From Candidatus Acidiferrales bacterium (lineage in GTDB: Bacteria; Acidobacteriota; Terriglobia; Acidiferrales; 2-02-FULL-67-57): 64,000 nucleotides of DNA. The DNA lies in the NCBI GenBank assembly GCA_965247455.1, contig CBDFHE010000016.1, positions 79,101 to 143,100 of the forward strand, written 5' to 3'. Below, one piece after another: positions 62,790-64,000 of the stretch. The notes beneath the pieces were generated by a model. That model saw only the letters and a list, made by a program, of their open reading frames with translations, was not told the DNA's origin and made no database searches. The position numbers were made by a program, and so were the translations under genes. How positions within the stretch are numbered: the stretch's first letter is position 1; every line of letters begins with the position of its first letter.

Positions 62790-63278
62790 ATGGCTAAGCC
62801 CAAAAAGAGAAGGAAAAAGAAACCGTACTCTGAACGAACAGACCGCGAAAAAATCTCTAACAATTGGCGGAAAACTCTAGCTTTATTTCAAAAAGGTGAG
62901 TATTCAGTTTCTATCATTCGTGCTGCGACGACCGCAGAGCTCGCGACGAATCTAGTTATTCGAGCAGAATTGGCGCAAGGCAGGAATCTGCCGCCTTCGT
63001 TTGTAGACAGGTTGATGAAATGGGCAAATGGCCTTCAGGGGAAGATGAACATGCTCATATTGCCAATTGTGAAAGATGATTCTCGCCACAAGTCCATCAA
63101 GAAGTTGGCGAAAGTAATTCAAGAAGTCAACGAAGAAAGGAACGGGGTAGTGCACAGAGGTGAATTCAGAGGGAGGAAGATAGCGCGGCGGACACTCGAA
63201 AAGGTTCGTCAAATTGTGCTTGCACTCGTAACTCCTTATGAACCTAGGTTCGACTTGTCGGAACTACCTGACAGTTAG
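62790..63278 (+). CDS. Low-GC standalone HEPN-like protein (putative RNase)
   Basis: Helical 162-aa protein with SIIRAATTAELA and RNGVVH (Rx4H). GC visibly far below the flanks. Confidence 0.6.
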   Translation: MAKPKKRRKKKPYSERTDREKISNNWRKTLALFQKGEYSVSIIRAATTAELATNLVIRAELAQGRNLPPSFVDRLMKWANGLQGKMNMLILPIVKDDSRHKSIKKLAKVIQEVNEERNGVVHRGEFRGRKIARRTLEKVRQIVLALVTPYEPRFDLSELPDS

Positions 63279-64000
63279 TCGGTGGGTTCGCCGGCGGGGA
63301 CGGGGACGTGCTGCTTCTCGGCCAGGTAGGATTCGATCTCTTGCACCAGCGCGGGGACAATCTCTTCTTCCGTCACGCGCTTCACTGCGACGCCATCGCG
63401 GTAGATCATTCCGTTGCCGCGCCCGGCAGCCACGCCCAGGTGTGCGGTGCGCGCCTCGCCCGGCCCGTTCACCGCGCAGCCCATCACCGCCACGTTCAGC
63501 GGTTCCTGAATGTGGGCCACCCGCTGCTCAATTTCGCCCACGATCTTGAACAGGTCCACCTCCAGCCGCCCGCAGGTGGGGCAGGCAATGACGTTCACGC
63601 CGCGCGAGCGGATGTCGAGCGATTTCAAAATCTCGTACGCTACCCGCACTTCCTCCGCCGGCTCGGTGGCCAGCGAGACGCGAATGGTGTCGCCGATGCC
63701 CTCCGCCAGCAGCATCCCCAGCCCGACCGACGACTTGATGGTCCCCGCAAAGGCCGAGCCGGCCTCGGTGATGCCGAGGTGGAAGGGATAGTCCACCTGG
63801 GGCGCCAGCAAACGGTAGGCATCCACGGTGAGCTGCACGTGCGACGCCTTGAGCGAGATGATGATCTCGCGGAAGTCCAGCTCTTCCAGAATCCGAACGT
63901 GGTCGAGCGCGCTTTCTACCATCGCCTCGGCGGTCGGGTAGCCGTACTTTTCCAGCAGCCGCCGTTCCAGCGAACCGGCGTTCACTCCGATGCGGATGGG
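63275..64000 (-). CDS. ispG: (E)-4-hydroxy-3-methylbut-2-enyl-diphosphate synthase (5' end lies beyond the window)
   Basis: PIRIGVNAGSL, ISLKAS, YPFHLGITEAG, GIGDTIRVSL, CPTCGR and VMGCAVNGPGE. Confidence 0.96.
   Translation of the reverse strand, partial: PIRIGVNAGSLERRLLEKYGYPTAEAMVESALDHVRILEELDFREIIISLKASHVQLTVDAYRLLAPQVDYPFHLGITEAGSAFAGTIKSSVGLGMLLAEGIGDTIRVSLATEPAEEVRVAYEILKSLDIRSRGVNVIACPTCGRLEVDLFKIVGEIEQRVAHIQEPLNVAVMGCAVNGPGEARTAHLGVAAGRGNGMIYRDGVAVKRVTEEEIVPALVQEIESYLAEKQHVPVPAGEPTD

Overview
A GC-rich (about 65% by eye) chromosomal window, mostly core genes. It is probably Acidobacteriota (inference from the fused LptF/LptG, Pal with an extra Ig-like insert, Hanks-type kinases and the DUF1844-MBL-ribF order). 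Core blocks: parAB-DUF151-miaB, TPM-NTase-lemA, tolQRAB-pal-cpoB-ssb, ECF sigma/anti-sigma/MacAB-type exporter, nfo-leuS-guaA, aroF-lptFG, recO-glyQS-ppdK, GNAT-menC, mazG, ribF, a TonB-dependent receptor with a Fur-family regulator, and ispG. Three intact IS elements are present (IS1380, IS630, IS1202/ISNCY), plus one decayed leuB-like pseudogene and several families of short intergenic palindromic repeats. No tRNA, rRNA or CRISPR array is visible. The most unusual signals are four. (1) A 17-bp palindromic micro-element inserted, with a GC duplication, at the loop-closing GC of hairpins in other repeat families; matched empty and filled sites both occur in the window. (2) An IS1202-type element flanked exactly by a 47-bp direct repeat that duplicates a Fur-family operator. 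(3) A single-pass receptor fusing adenylate cyclase, Ser/Thr kinase, a CpoB-like TPR domain (about 42% identical to the CpoB in this window) and PDZ. (4) A low-GC standalone HEPN-motif gene. All family calls are from motif recognition by eye; no database search was run.
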